A stretch of DNA of 64,000 bases from Bacillota bacterium (GTDB lineage: Bacteria > Sysuimicrobiota > Sysuimicrobiia > Sysuimicrobiales > Segetimicrobiaceae): assembly GCA_021324975.1 (NCBI GenBank), contig JAJPIA010000085.1:58006-122005 (forward strand). Direction: 5' to 3'. Below, in pieces: positions 1 through 9,591 of the stretch. Numbering within the stretch: position 1 is the stretch's first letter; every line of letters starts with the position of its first letter. The notes beneath the pieces are model-generated. The model was given only the letters and a program-made list of their open reading frames with translations. It did no database searches and was not told where the DNA came from. Both the position numbers and the translations under genes were made by a program.

Positions 1-618
1 GTTGCCGAGCGTTAGGTGCGCCACCGCGAGATCGTCGTCCTCCCCATGCACCGCGGCGCCGATCGCGCTCACGCGCGCCACCGACGATCGGAGCAGCGTG
101 AGGATGATATCGAGGTCGTGGATCATCAGGTCGAGAACCACGCCGACGTCCATCACACGCCGGCGGTCCCACGGCCGCACGCGGCGCACTTGCACGAACA
201 ACGGCTCGGTCACCTGGTCCCGAAGCGCCTGGACCGCCGGCTTGAATCGTTCGACGTGCCCTACCAGCAACACGACCCCGCGCCGGTGCGCGAGGTCGAC
301 GAGCTCCGCGGCCTGCTCCACGGTGGTGGTGATCGGTTTCTCCACCAGCACGTGCACGCCACGGTGCAGAAACTCTCGCGCGATCTCATAGTGCAGCGCC
401 GTCGGCACGACCAAGCTGACGGCATCTACCCGGCCGAACAACGCGCGGTAGTCGCGGTGACCCGGGATCTGATAGCGCCGCGAGAACACGCTCGTCTCGC
501 GCGGTGCGGTATCCACGACCCCCACGAGCTCGACGTCCGGCAGGTGGTGGTAGATCCGCACGTGGTGTTGTCCCCATTGCCCGAGCCCGACCACGCCGAC
601 GCGAACCCGGGCGCTCAT
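1..618 (-). CDS. Gfo/Idh/MocA-family NAD(P)-dependent oxidoreductase (C-terminus runs off the window start)
   Basis: Hand translation from ATG at 618 gives MSARVRVGVVGLGQWGQHHVRIY...RGVHVLVEKPITTTVEQAAELV. It has the N-terminal GxGxxG Rossmann motif and the EKP motif of this family, with no stop before position 1. It is missing from the ORF track because it is truncated. Confidence 0.8.
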   Translation of the reverse strand, partial: MSARVRVGVVGLGQWGQHHVRIYHHLPDVELVGVVDTAPRETSVFSRRYQIPGHRDYRALFGRVDAVSLVVPTALHYEIAREFLHRGVHVLVEKPITTTVEQAAELVDLAHRRGVVLLVGHVERFKPAVQALRDQVTEPLFVQVRRVRPWDRRRVMDVGVVLDLMIHDLDIILTLLRSSVARVSAIGAAVHGEDDDLAVAHLTLGN

Positions 619-625
619 CGACGGC

Positions 626-1747
626 TCACGAGGGATGCGGCACGAAGCTGCGAATCGCGCGGATCACCCGCTCGAGCGCCGCGTCGTCGAGGCCCGGATG
701 GACGGGGATGCTGAGGACCTCCTGCGCCGCGCGCTCCGCCTCCGGGCACCGCGCGGTCCCGTAGCCCTCGCGCACATACAGCGGCGTGCGATGGATCGGG
801 ACCGGATAGTACACGCGGCTCCCGACGCCGTGGGCGTTGAGGTGCTCGATCAGGCGGTCGCGCACGCGCGGCACCCGGATGGTGTATTGATGGTAGACGT
901 GCAGGCAGCCCGGCGGCTCGTACGGGAGCACGAGCCAGTCCAGGTCCGCGAGCGCGGCCGTGAGGCGGCGCGCGTGCTCCCGCCGGCGCGCATTCCGCGC
1001 GTCCAGATGCGCAAGCTGGATCGCGCCCAAGGCCCCGGCCATCTCGGTCATGCGGAAATTGTAGCCGAGGATCTCGTAGATGTACGGGGTCCGGCTCCCA
1101 CAGTTCACGAGCAGGCGCGCCGTGTCGGCGACCGTGCCGTCGTTGGTGACGAGCAGGCCCCCTTCCCCGGTCATCAGGTTCTTCGTGGGATACAGGCTGA
1201 AGGCGCCCGCCGTGCCAATGGTCCCGACCCGCCGCCCTCCAAAGGCGGCGCCGTGCGCCTGCGCCGCGTCCTCCAGGAGCACGAGGCCGCGGGCTTTCGC
1301 CATGGCCTCGAAGGCATCCATCTGACACGGGAGCCCGTAGAGGTGCACGAGCAGGAGGCCCTGCACATCGGGCGTTCGGTCGAGCGCCGCGGCCACGGCA
1401 TCGGGGTCAAGATTGTACGTGCGCGGGTCGATATCGACAAAGAGCGGGCGTGCGCCGCGGTGCAGCACCGCGTTGGCCGTGGCGCCGAACGAGAACGGCG
1501 TCGTGATCACCCGCGCGCCCCGGGTGATCCCGGCGGCCTCGACCGCGACCATCAACGCCGTCGTGCCGGACGACGTGGCAACCGCGTGCGCTGCCCCGAC
1601 GTACGCCGCAAAGCCCTCTTCAAACTCGCGCACCCGCCGGCCGGCGACGAGTCGTCCCGACTCAAGCACCTCGAGCACGCGGCGTTTCTCTTCATCCGTG
1701 ATCTGAGGCTGCGCGATCGGCACGGCGTACTGCGACGTCGTGTGCAT
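626..1747 (-). CDS. DegT/DnrJ/EryC1/StrS-family PLP-dependent sugar aminotransferase
   Basis: ORF 626..1927 trimmed to the internal ATG at 1747 (MHTTSQYAVPIAQPQITDEEK...). Family signatures are TSSGTTAL, DAAQAHG and FSLYPTKNLMTGEGG (PLP-lysine region). It ends 7 nt upstream of the oxidoreductase start. Confidence 0.9.
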   Translation of the reverse strand: MHTTSQYAVPIAQPQITDEEKRRVLEVLESGRLVAGRRVREFEEGFAAYVGAAHAVATSSGTTALMVAVEAAGITRGARVITTPFSFGATANAVLHRGARPLFVDIDPRTYNLDPDAVAAALDRTPDVQGLLLVHLYGLPCQMDAFEAMAKARGLVLLEDAAQAHGAAFGGRRVGTIGTAGAFSLYPTKNLMTGEGGLLVTNDGTVADTARLLVNCGSRTPYIYEILGYNFRMTEMAGALGAIQLAHLDARNARRREHARRLTAALADLDWLVLPYEPPGCLHVYHQYTIRVPRVRDRLIEHLNAHGVGSRVYYPVPIHRTPLYVREGYGTARCPEAERAAQEVLSIPVHPGLDDAALERVIRAIRSFVPHPS

Positions 1748-1892
1748 GCAACCGTCCTTCCCGCGGGCGATCCGCGGCAAGATTCTGCACGAGGACCGGT
1801 TTTCCTCTACTTCGGACGCGATTACGGTTGGCGCCCGGCCGCAATCGCGAGGCGTCGCGGCCGCGCGCGGTCTCGCGCCTCGCCGGGGCGCG

Positions 1893-2333
1893 TCACGGCC
1901 GCTCGAGCCTCCCGCGGAGGGCCGCAAGCATGCCGTCGAGGTTTTCCTTCATCTTGACGCGCAGGAGTTGGCTGAGCAGCGCGCCGATGAGCGGGATGCC
2001 GAATTCAAACTCCACGGTAATCGCGGTCCGCGTTCCGCCGTTCTCCGGCTCAAAGGACCACTCGCCTTCGTACCGCTCGAAGTCACCCTCGCGTTGCCGA
2101 AAGCGGCAGAGATGGCGGGCGTCGTCCCACGTGTCGTCCTCGGTCCAGCGAATACGGCGCCCCTCGACCGCCCCTACCCATTCCGTCCGGCTGGGCACGT
2201 CGCCGTCGCGCTCCAGGACGGTCACGCGCTCGAGGTCCGGCATGAACTGCGGGAAGTCTTCCACGCGTTTCGCCACCGCGTAGACTTGATCGAGCGGCGC
2301 TCGGATGAGCATCGACGCCTCGACGCGTGCCAT
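1893..2333 (-). CDS. SRPBCC / polyketide cyclase-dehydrase (START-like) family protein
   Basis: 146-aa ORF. MLIRAPLDQVYAVAKRVEDFPQFMP...YEGEWSFEP is a typical cyclase/dehydrase-fold pattern. Confidence 0.65.
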   Translation of the reverse strand: MARVEASMLIRAPLDQVYAVAKRVEDFPQFMPDLERVTVLERDGDVPSRTEWVGAVEGRRIRWTEDDTWDDARHLCRFRQREGDFERYEGEWSFEPENGGTRTAITVEFEFGIPLIGALLSQLLRVKMKENLDGMLAALRGRLERP

Positions 2334-2430
2334 GTGCCCCCCTTGTTATGATGCCGTCTGACGCCGGCGGCCGCAGACCATCGGGCCGCAGCGCCGCGGC
2401 CGCACCCTCACCCCGCTGCTTCCGCCGGCC

Positions 2431-3402
2431 TCACACGTGCAGTTCGATGACATCGCCGTCTTCGAGGACGTGCTCCCGCTGGACCATTTGGCCCTCGAAT
2501 GCGCGGGCCCCCCAGATGCGCGCATACTTGAGCCGCTCGACGAAGTCCTTGTGGACGGCCGCGCACGCGTCCGCCACGGTCGCGCCGCGCGGCAGGACAA
2601 ACGGAACGGATCGATCGGCGCGGCGGCCGGGGGCCTTGGTGTACACGCGGATCACGCGCAGCAACCCAAACAACTCCCGGCGCAGCGTCTCCAGTCCCGC
2701 GCCGGTCTCCGCGGAAACCGGCAGGATGTCGAAGCGCGCGCCCCACGCCTCGCGTAGGATCTCGAGGCGGACGGCCGCGCCGTCGGCGTCGAGCTTCGAC
2801 GCGACCATCAATGTCGGCACAGCGTCCTCCCCGCCGGTCCTCTCGAGACGCACCCTGGACTGCGCAGCCAGGTCCACGGTCGTGTCGATGCCGCTCAGCA
2901 GATCGTCGTCGGCCAGGTCGGCGACGAGCAGCGCCGCGTCCGCTTGGCGCACGAGGGCCAGCAACCATGGTTCCGCGCTCTCCGGCGCGATCGGCGGTAG
3001 GTCGACGAGCTGCACCTGGATGTCCTCGAACGGGACCATGCCGGGCAACGGGATCCGGGTCGAGAACGGATACGGCGCCACGACCGGCGCGGCGTGGCTC
3101 AATGCCGCCAGCAGGCGTGACTTGCCGGCGTTCGGCGGGCCGCCGAGCATGACCTGCCCGGCTCCCTCGCGCGGGACATGGTGCCAGGTCGGTCCTTTTC
3201 CCCCGGCCGTCTTGCGGCGCGCGGCCTCCGTCCGAGCCTTCGCCATCCGGCGCCGGATATCGGCGCGCATGTGTTCAGTGCCCTTGTGCTTGGGGATGAC
3301 GGCCATCATCGCCTCGAGAGCAGCCAGTTGCTCCTCGGGGTTGGTGGCTTGGCGGTACCGGCGTTCCGCCTCGAGATACTGCGGCGTCAGGTTCGCGGGC
3401 AT
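2431..3402 (-). CDS. Obg/DRG-like GTP-binding protein with C-terminal TGS domain
   Basis: 323-aa ORF with P-loop GGPPNAGKS and a C-terminal TGS-like segment (ATVADACAAVHKDFVERLKYARIWG...GDVIELHV). Confidence 0.75.
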   Translation of the reverse strand: MPANLTPQYLEAERRYRQATNPEEQLAALEAMMAVIPKHKGTEHMRADIRRRMAKARTEAARRKTAGGKGPTWHHVPREGAGQVMLGGPPNAGKSRLLAALSHAAPVVAPYPFSTRIPLPGMVPFEDIQVQLVDLPPIAPESAEPWLLALVRQADAALLVADLADDDLLSGIDTTVDLAAQSRVRLERTGGEDAVPTLMVASKLDADGAAVRLEILREAWGARFDILPVSAETGAGLETLRRELFGLLRVIRVYTKAPGRRADRSVPFVLPRGATVADACAAVHKDFVERLKYARIWGARAFEGQMVQREHVLEDGDVIELHV

Positions 3403-3560
3403 CGTCCAGGCTCAATTGTAGCAGAGGCGGTCCACGCCGCACCACGGCTACGACTTCGCCCTGGGCTGGATCAACGCGCACGGCGGTGTTCGGACAACCC
3501 CAACGCCGCGGCGGCGGTCAGCAGCAAGTACGGGGCCGCCTCGATGTTGGCAACGATAGG

Positions 3561-4526
3561 CTACGGGGCGGCCGGCCGGCCGGCCGCGAGATAGCGCGAC
3601 GGCAGCGCGTGGCCGAGCAAGGCGGCGAGCGGCCGCGAGGCTTCGCAGAGGCGGTCGAGGTCCACGCCCGTCTCGATGTCCATCCCGTCGAGCATGTACA
3701 CGAGATCCTCCGTGGCGAGGTTCCCCGAGGCGCCGGGCGCGTACGGGCATCCCCCGAGCCCGCCCGCGGCCGCATCGATCGTGGTGACGCCGCTCCACAG
3801 CGCGGTCAGGACGTTCGCGAGGGCCGTGCCTCTGGTATCGTGGAAGTGCACGGCGAGCGATCGAACCGGAACGTCCCGAACGAGCCGATCCAGCAGCGCC
3901 CACACCTCGTGCGGTGTGGCGGCGCCGATCGTGTCCCCGAGCGACACCTCGCGGCAGCCCATCTCGAGCAGGCGGCCGGCCACGCGGCGCACGGCATCCG
4001 ACCCAACGCGGCCCTCATACGGACACCACCAGGCGGTCGAGACGTAGGCACGCACGTGGGCGCCGTTCGCGGCGGCGAGGTCCACCACGCCCCGCGCGGC
4101 GCCGAGCGATTCGTCGATGCTCATATTGATGTTGCGCCGCGTAAAGGTCTCGGACGCCGCGGTGAACACCGCCACGTCCCTGAGGCCGCAGGCCATCGCT
4201 CGGACCATGCCGACCTGGTTCGGCACGAGCGCGGACAACTCGACCCCCTCCAGGGCGCCGAGGCGGCGCACCACGGCGTCCGTATCGGCCATCTGCGGCA
4301 CCCGATCCGGCCGTACGAACGCGCCGACCTCGATGGCCCGGAGCCCCGCGGCCGCGAGCCGGGAGATAAAGGCGACCTTGTCGGCGACGGTGAGCGGAGT
4401 GGATTCGTTTTGGAGGCCGTCGCGCGGGCCCACCTCGACGATCCGCACCCGTCCGGGCAGCCCGGCAAACGGCGTCGGCCGGAGCCGCGCGGGGCGCGTG
4501 GCCTCCACGACGGAGCCGACTGCCAT
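3561..4526 (-). CDS. Hydroxymethylglutaryl-CoA lyase
   Basis: ORF 3561..4967 trimmed to the ATG at 4526 (MAVGSVVE...). Motifs are VEVGPRDGLQNE, HFHDTRGTALAN and GLGGCPYAPGASGN. The start overlaps the upstream stop as TGATG. Confidence 0.9.
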   Translation of the reverse strand: MAVGSVVEATRPARLRPTPFAGLPGRVRIVEVGPRDGLQNESTPLTVADKVAFISRLAAAGLRAIEVGAFVRPDRVPQMADTDAVVRRLGALEGVELSALVPNQVGMVRAMACGLRDVAVFTAASETFTRRNINMSIDESLGAARGVVDLAAANGAHVRAYVSTAWWCPYEGRVGSDAVRRVAGRLLEMGCREVSLGDTIGAATPHEVWALLDRLVRDVPVRSLAVHFHDTRGTALANVLTALWSGVTTIDAAAGGLGGCPYAPGASGNLATEDLVYMLDGMDIETGVDLDRLCEASRPLAALLGHALPSRYLAAGRPAAP

Positions 4527-5035
4527 CAGCTCGCCCCGCCGCGCGGCACCGGCTCCAGCTGCGCGACCACCGCGTCCCCCTCGACGGGCTCCCCGACCGC
4601 GGCGCACAGCGCCCGCACCACGCCCGGAAACGGCGCGCGGACGACGTGCTCCATCTTCATCGCCTCCAGGGCCATGATCGGCTGCCCGGTCCTGACGGTC
4701 TCGCCGACCTGCACGTGGATCTTGACCACGAGGCCGGGCATCGGCGCCCGCAGGTCCCCGGACAGGGCCGACGGCGCCGTGGCGCCCGCCTCCGCGCGGG
4801 CCGTCTCCACCTCGATCGTCACGCCGTCGAGGTGCAGGTACGTGCGCCCGCCCCTGGGCGCGAAGTGCACGAGGCGGGCGCGGTCGCGGCATTCCACCAA
4901 CGCGAGGCCGGGCTCGAGGCGCGTGCAGCGGAACCGGTGGGTGCGGCCGCCGACGCGGACGACCCACGTGTCGCCCTCCCGCGAGGAGTCGCAGGCCACC
5001 GTGTCATCCCCCACCCGCAGCGTCCGCTCAGCCAT
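4526..5035 (-). CDS. Biotin carboxyl carrier (BT + BCCP) portion of the acyl-CoA carboxylase alpha subunit, encoded as a separate ORF
   Basis: 169-aa ORF with the biotinylation motif EAMKME in a lipoyl/biotinyl fold (PMPGLVVKIHVQVGETV...). It is in the same frame as the upstream biotin carboxylase ORF, separated by TGA plus 5 codons. Confidence 0.85.
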   Translation of the reverse strand: MAERTLRVGDDTVACDSSREGDTWVVRVGGRTHRFRCTRLEPGLALVECRDRARLVHFAPRGGRTYLHLDGVTIEVETARAEAGATAPSALSGDLRAPMPGLVVKIHVQVGETVRTGQPIMALEAMKMEHVVRAPFPGVVRALCAAVGEPVEGDAVVAQLEPVPRGGAS

Positions 5036-5050
5036 CCGCGCTTCGCGGCG

Positions 5051-6571
5051 TCACGCGCCGATCCGCCATGGGCCGATATGCGCCCACGGATCCCAGCCGA
5101 GCGGCGTCGCGCCGGCCGTTCCTCGATCTCGCGTCTCGTCCGCGTCCGGCTCGCCGCCGGCTTCCGCGAGCACGGCCGCCACCGCCGCCGCGAGCCCGTC
5201 CGCCTCGCCACGCCAGCCGGCGAAATACCGGCCGATGAACTGCGTCGTAGTGTCGCCGGCGCGGAACGCATCGTGCCGCACCACCGCGTGCAGGAACTCC
5301 AAGTTTGTGCGGCAGCCCAGGATGACGTACTGCGCGAGGGCCTCCCGCATCCGCGCGAGCGCATCGTCGCGGCTCTGCGCGTGCACGATCACCTTCGCCA
5401 GCAGCGGGTCGTACTCGGCCGGCACGCGCCAACCCGCGCGCAGGCCGGAGTCCACGCGCACCCCGGGGCCGCCCGGCTCCACAAGCGTCAGGATCGGCCC
5501 CGGCGTGGGCCGGAACCCTGCGGCGGGGTCCTCGGCACAGACGCGGCACTCAATCGCGTGCCCCCGGATCGGCACGGCGCGGGCCGCGCCCCGCGCCGCG
5601 CGGCCCGCCGGCAGCCGCTCCCCCGCCGCGATCCGCAGCTGCGTCGCGACGAGATCCGTCCCGGTCACGAGCTCCGTGACCGGGTGCTCGACCTGCAGCC
5701 GCGCGTTGACCTCGAGAAAGTACCAGTTGCGGTCCGCGTCCACGAGGAACTCCACGGTGCCCGCGTTCCGGTATCCGGCTTCCCGGGCAATCGCCACCGC
5801 CGCCTGCTCCAGACGCGCGCGGAGGCCGGCGGTCATGAACGGCGACGGCGCCTCCTCCACGAGCTTTTGATGCCGGCGCTGCACGCTGCACTCACGCTCG
5901 CCGAGTGCGACCACCGTGCCCGCACGGTCGGCGACGATCTGGACTTCCACATGATGGACGCCTTCGAGATGGTGTTCGAGCAACAGCGCGTCGCGATCAA
6001 AGGCCGCGCGGGCCTCGCGGCGCGCGGACGCGAGCGCGTCCCGCAGCGCCTCCGGCGCGTCCACCCGCCGCATGCCCAGGCCGCCGCCGCCCGCGGCGGC
6101 CTTGATCATCAGCGGAAAGCCGACCTGTGTCGCCGCGGCGACGAGCTCGTCGTCGGATGCGCCATCCCCGTCATAGCCGGGGACCGTGGGGACGCCGGCG
6201 CGCGCGGCAAGACGCCGCGCCTCGACCTTATCCCCGAGGCGCGCGATGACCTCGGCGGGCGGACCCACCCACACGAGGCTCGCCTCGCGTACGGCCGCCG
6301 CGAACGCCGCGGACTCGGCGAGAAAGCCGTACCCAGGATGGACCGCGTCCGCGCCGGCGCGCCGGGCGGCGTCGAGGAGGCGGTCGATGCTGAGATAGGT
6401 CTCGCGGCCCCCGGCCCCGCTGAGGGGCACGCGCACGTCCGCGAGGCGCGGGTGCAGGGCGTCCCGGTCGGGATCGGCGTAGACCGCGACCGAGCGCAGC
6501 CCCAGTTCGCGACACGCGCGGATGATGCGAACGGCGATCTCGCCGCGGTTCGCGACCAGCACGGTCTGCAT
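5051..6571 (-). CDS. Biotin carboxylase (ATP-grasp) portion of methylcrotonyl-CoA/acyl-CoA carboxylase alpha subunit
   Basis: ORF 5051..6913 trimmed to the ATG at 6571 (MQTVLVANRGEIAVRIIRACRELG...). ATP-grasp glycine loop AAAGGGGLGMR; EVNARLQVEHPVTE. Confidence 0.9.
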   Translation of the reverse strand: MQTVLVANRGEIAVRIIRACRELGLRSVAVYADPDRDALHPRLADVRVPLSGAGGRETYLSIDRLLDAARRAGADAVHPGYGFLAESAAFAAAVREASLVWVGPPAEVIARLGDKVEARRLAARAGVPTVPGYDGDGASDDELVAAATQVGFPLMIKAAAGGGGLGMRRVDAPEALRDALASARREARAAFDRDALLLEHHLEGVHHVEVQIVADRAGTVVALGERECSVQRRHQKLVEEAPSPFMTAGLRARLEQAAVAIAREAGYRNAGTVEFLVDADRNWYFLEVNARLQVEHPVTELVTGTDLVATQLRIAAGERLPAGRAARGAARAVPIRGHAIECRVCAEDPAAGFRPTPGPILTLVEPGGPGVRVDSGLRAGWRVPAEYDPLLAKVIVHAQSRDDALARMREALAQYVILGCRTNLEFLHAVVRHDAFRAGDTTTQFIGRYFAGWRGEADGLAAAVAAVLAEAGGEPDADETRDRGTAGATPLGWDPWAHIGPWRIGA

Positions 6572-6576
6572 CGGCG

Positions 6577-8184
6577 CTACATGCGGTACACGCCGGGCCG
6601 CATCTCGGCGATCGGGGCGTTGAGCGCGGCGGAGAGCGCCAGCCCCAGCACGGTGCGGGTGTCGGCAGGGTCGATGACGCCGTCGTCCCACAACCTGGCC
6701 GTGCTGTAGTAGGCGTTGCCCTCGCACTCGTACTTCGCCAGCACGGGCTCCGTGATGGCCGCCTCCTCGGCCTCGGTCAGCGTTCCACCCTCGCGCGCGC
6801 GCTGATCGCGCTTGACCGTCACGAGCACGGTGGCCGCTTGTTCCCCGCCCATCACCGAGATCCGGGCGTTCGGCCACATCCAGAGAAACCGGGGCGCGTA
6901 CGCGCGGCCACACATCGCGTAGTTGCCGGCGCCGTACGAGCTACCCATGATCACCGTGAGGCGGGGTACGCCGCACGTGGCCACGGCGTGGACCATCTTG
7001 GCGCCGGCGCGGGCGATGCCCGCCGCTTCGTACGTGCGACCGACGATGAAGCCGGTGATGTTTTGCAGGAAGACGAGCGGCACGTGCCGCTGGCCGCAGA
7101 GCTCGATGAAGTGCGCCCCCTTCTCCGCGCTCTCCACGAACAGCACACCGTTGTTCGCGAGGATGCCCACGGGGATGCCGTGGATCCGCGCAAACCCCGT
7201 GACGAGGGTCGTGCCGTACAGCGCCTTGAACTCGTGGAACCGGCTCCCGTCGACGATCCGCGCGATGACCTCGCGCGCGTCGAACTGGCGGCGCAGATCT
7301 CGGGGCAGCACGCCGTAGAGCTCGCGGGGTTGGTAGCGCGGCTCCTCCGGCTCCGCGAGGTCGACGGACGGCGTCTTGACGCGATTGAACGCGCCGGCGA
7401 TGTCGCGAACGAGGGCGATCGCGTGGGCGTCGTCCGTCGCCAGGTAATCCGTGACGCCGCTGCGGCGGCAGTGGACGTCCGCGCCGCCGAGCTCCTCCGC
7501 GCTCACGTCCTCCCCGGTCGCGGCGCGCACGAGCGGCGGGCCACCCAGAAACACCGTCCCCGTGCCCCGCACGATCACGGCTTCGTCGGACATCGCGGGC
7601 ACGTACGCCCCGCCGGCCGTACACGAGCCCATCACGGCGGCCACCTGCGGCACGCCCGCGGCCGAGAGCCGGGCCTGATTGAAGAAGATGCGGCCGAAGT
7701 GATCCCGGTCGGGAAACACCTCCGCCTGGAGCGGGAGGAACGCGCCCCCCGAATCCACCAGGTAGATGCACGGCAGCCGGTTCTTGAGCGCGATCTCCTG
7801 AGCCCGCAGGTGCTTTTTGACGGTGATGGGATAGTAGGTGCCGCCCTTGACGGTGGCGTCGTTGGCGACGATCACGCACTCGCGGCCGCGCACGCGCCCG
7901 ATCCCGGTGACCAGGCCCGCGGCCGGGGCCTCGCCGTCATACATGTCCCACGCGGCGAGCGGCGCGATCTCGAGGAACGGCGACCCCGCGTCGAGCAGCC
8001 GGTCGATGCGTTCGCGCGCCGTCCACTTGCCCTGTGCGCGCTGCCGCTCGCGGGCGCGCGGCCCGCCCCCCTCGCGGACGCGCGCCAGGCGCTCTTGGAG
8101 CGCGCGGGCGAGTCCCTCGTGATAGGCTCGGTTGTCGTTGAACTCCTGCGACCGCGTGTCGACGTGAGACTCGAGGACGCTCAT
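6577..8184 (-). CDS. Methylcrotonyl-CoA carboxylase beta subunit (carboxyltransferase)
   Basis: ORF 6577..8217 with probable start at ATG 8184 ([15 protein letters not shown]...). Carboxyltransferase hallmarks are [40 protein letters not shown] and [16 protein letters not shown]. Confidence 0.9.
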   Translation of the reverse strand: MSVLESHVDTRSQEFNDNRAYHEGLARALQERLARVREGGGPRARERQRAQGKWTARERIDRLLDAGSPFLEIAPLAAWDMYDGEAPAAGLVTGIGRVRGRECVIVANDATVKGGTYYPITVKKHLRAQEIALKNRLPCIYLVDSGGAFLPLQAEVFPDRDHFGRIFFNQARLSAAGVPQVAAVMGSCTAGGAYVPAMSDEAVIVRGTGTVFLGGPPLVRAATGEDVSAEELGGADVHCRRSGVTDYLATDDAHAIALVRDIAGAFNRVKTPSVDLAEPEEPRYQPRELYGVLPRDLRRQFDAREVIARIVDGSRFHEFKALYGTTLVTGFARIHGIPVGILANNGVLFVESAEKGAHFIELCGQRHVPLVFLQNITGFIVGRTYEAAGIARAGAKMVHAVATCGVPRLTVIMGSSYGAGNYAMCGRAYAPRFLWMWPNARISVMGGEQAATVLVTVKRDQRAREGGTLTEAEEAAITEPVLAKYECEGNAYYSTARLWDDGVIDPADTRTVLGLALSAALNAPIAEMRPGVYRM

Positions 8185-8263
8185 CACGTGGGTATTCCGT
8201 CCGCGCTCCGAGCACACCTCCGGCGCCCGCCGCCGTCACACGCGGCCCACGGCCGCGGGCGCC

Positions 8264-9160
8264 CTACGACTCCGGTGCCGCGGCCGCGGCGTACTCCAAC
8301 GCGGCGCGGATCTCGTCGCGCGCGTCGCGTCCGAGCGCCGGCACGGGCGCGATCGGGTCACCCACCTCGAACCCCTGCAGCTCGAGCCCGGCTTTGACGC
8401 ACGCCGCGAGCGCGTACCGCTGAAACACCTCGTTGAGCCGCCAGAGCCGCCGTTGCAGGCGCTCGGCCTCATCCCACCGTCCCTGCCGGGCGAGATCGTA
8501 CAGGGCGACGCAGCGCTCGGGTAGGAGGCACGCCGGCCCCGCCATCCAGCCGACCCCGCCGAGCCGGAAGACCAAGAGCGGCACGTGCGCGGACGCGCTG
8601 AACACGCGTAGGCGGTGCCCGGCGTGGTTCAGCACGGTGAGGATCTTGCCGGTCTCGCCCGACGCCTCCTTAAAGTACCGGATGGTGGGGAGTTCGCTCA
8701 GGGCCACGATCAGGTCCGGCGTCAGCTCGGCGCCGAGCAGCTTCGGGTTCGAGTACAGGACGAGCGGGCACGGCAGCTCCCGCGCGACGCTGGAGAAAAA
8801 CTCAAAGACCGCCGTCGGGGTCAGGGCAAAGTACCTTTGTAGAATCAACACGATGCCCTGCGCGCCGAGCTCCACCATGCGGCGTCCCTGCTCGATCGCG
8901 TCATGGGTGGCGTAGGCCGCCACGCCGGGCACCACGGGAACGCGCCCCCGGGCCGCCTCCACGGTGATCCGCACGATCTCCTCCCGCTGGCGGGCGGTCA
9001 GATACGGGACCTCGCCCGTGCTGCCGAGCGGGCTCAGACCGTGGACGCCATCGGCGATGAGGTGGTCGACGAGCCGCCGCAGCGTGTGCTCGCGCACCCG
9101 CCCCGAGGCGTCGACCGGAGACACGAGATACGGAAAAATGCCGTGGAATGGTTGGTCCAT
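8264..9160 (-). CDS. Dihydrodipicolinate synthase/N-acetylneuraminate lyase family class I aldolase
   Basis: 298-aa ORF with GSTGE motif (PLGSTGEVPYLT) and Schiff-base lysine context RYFKEASG. Confidence 0.85.
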   Translation of the reverse strand: MDQPFHGIFPYLVSPVDASGRVREHTLRRLVDHLIADGVHGLSPLGSTGEVPYLTARQREEIVRITVEAARGRVPVVPGVAAYATHDAIEQGRRMVELGAQGIVLILQRYFALTPTAVFEFFSSVARELPCPLVLYSNPKLLGAELTPDLIVALSELPTIRYFKEASGETGKILTVLNHAGHRLRVFSASAHVPLLVFRLGGVGWMAGPACLLPERCVALYDLARQGRWDEAERLQRRLWRLNEVFQRYALAACVKAGLELQGFEVGDPIAPVPALGRDARDEIRAALEYAAAAAPES

Positions 9161-9309
9161 ATCGCTCGGGACCTTCGTCCCGCCCGCGGCGCGATCCTAG
9201 TGTGTTGGTACGCCGGTGACGCGCGTCCCGGCGCGCGCCGGGACCGAACGATAGCGGCCGGCGGGGATCGCCCCGCCGGCCGCCGTGTCACCAAGCCCGC
9301 GGGGCGTCG

Positions 9310-9510
9310 TTACTGGCCGTTGCCGTCTCCCTGACCGTTGCCCTGCAGGTACACCGGCGATTGCAGGTCGGCGGGCGCCAGGTCGGCGCCGTTCTGCTGC
9401 ACGGTCCCGACGGTCGTCGCCTGATCGTCGGCCGATTGCGCCATGGCCGCCGCGGCCGGCCCCAGTGTGGTGACGAGCCCGAGTGCAAGGACAGCAAGAG
9501 TGCGACGCAT
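9310..9510 (-). CDS. Small secreted protein (66 aa), hypothetical
   Basis: Signal-peptide-like N-terminus MRRTLAVLALGLVTTLGPAAAAMA-QS. A strong SD (GAAGGGGGA) lies about 7 nt upstream of the ATG. The mature part is acidic and rich in Gly/Asn/Gln. Confidence 0.5.
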   Translation of the reverse strand: MRRTLAVLALGLVTTLGPAAAAMAQSADDQATTVGTVQQNGADLAPADLQSPVYLQGNGQGDGNGQ

Positions 9511-9591
9511 CAGCAGTTCCCCCTTCTTCGTTGGATGTCGTGTACATGCACGCCGGCGCCCATGTGCTCGACGCCGCGTGCTCGTGCGTCC

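Noticed and set aside
5051-5053. Genome-wide reassignment of TGA (or TAG at 62151..62153) to a sense codon, as an explanation for the in-frame stops.
   Set aside because: Many genes in the window terminate at TGA or TAG exactly where family-typical C-termini end, and the next gene's start is coupled to that stop. Both codons therefore function as stops here.
3486-5870. Very long plus-strand ORFs: 3486..5870 (794 aa), 4646..6709, 17717..20254 (845 aa), 41787..44003 (738 aa), 48322..50451 (709 aa), 11945..13930, and many others.
   Set aside because: They lie antisense to minus-strand genes with clear family signatures. Their translations are Arg/Pro/Gly/Ala-rich low-complexity strings with no recognisable motifs. 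These are the shadow ORFs expected in 70% GC DNA.
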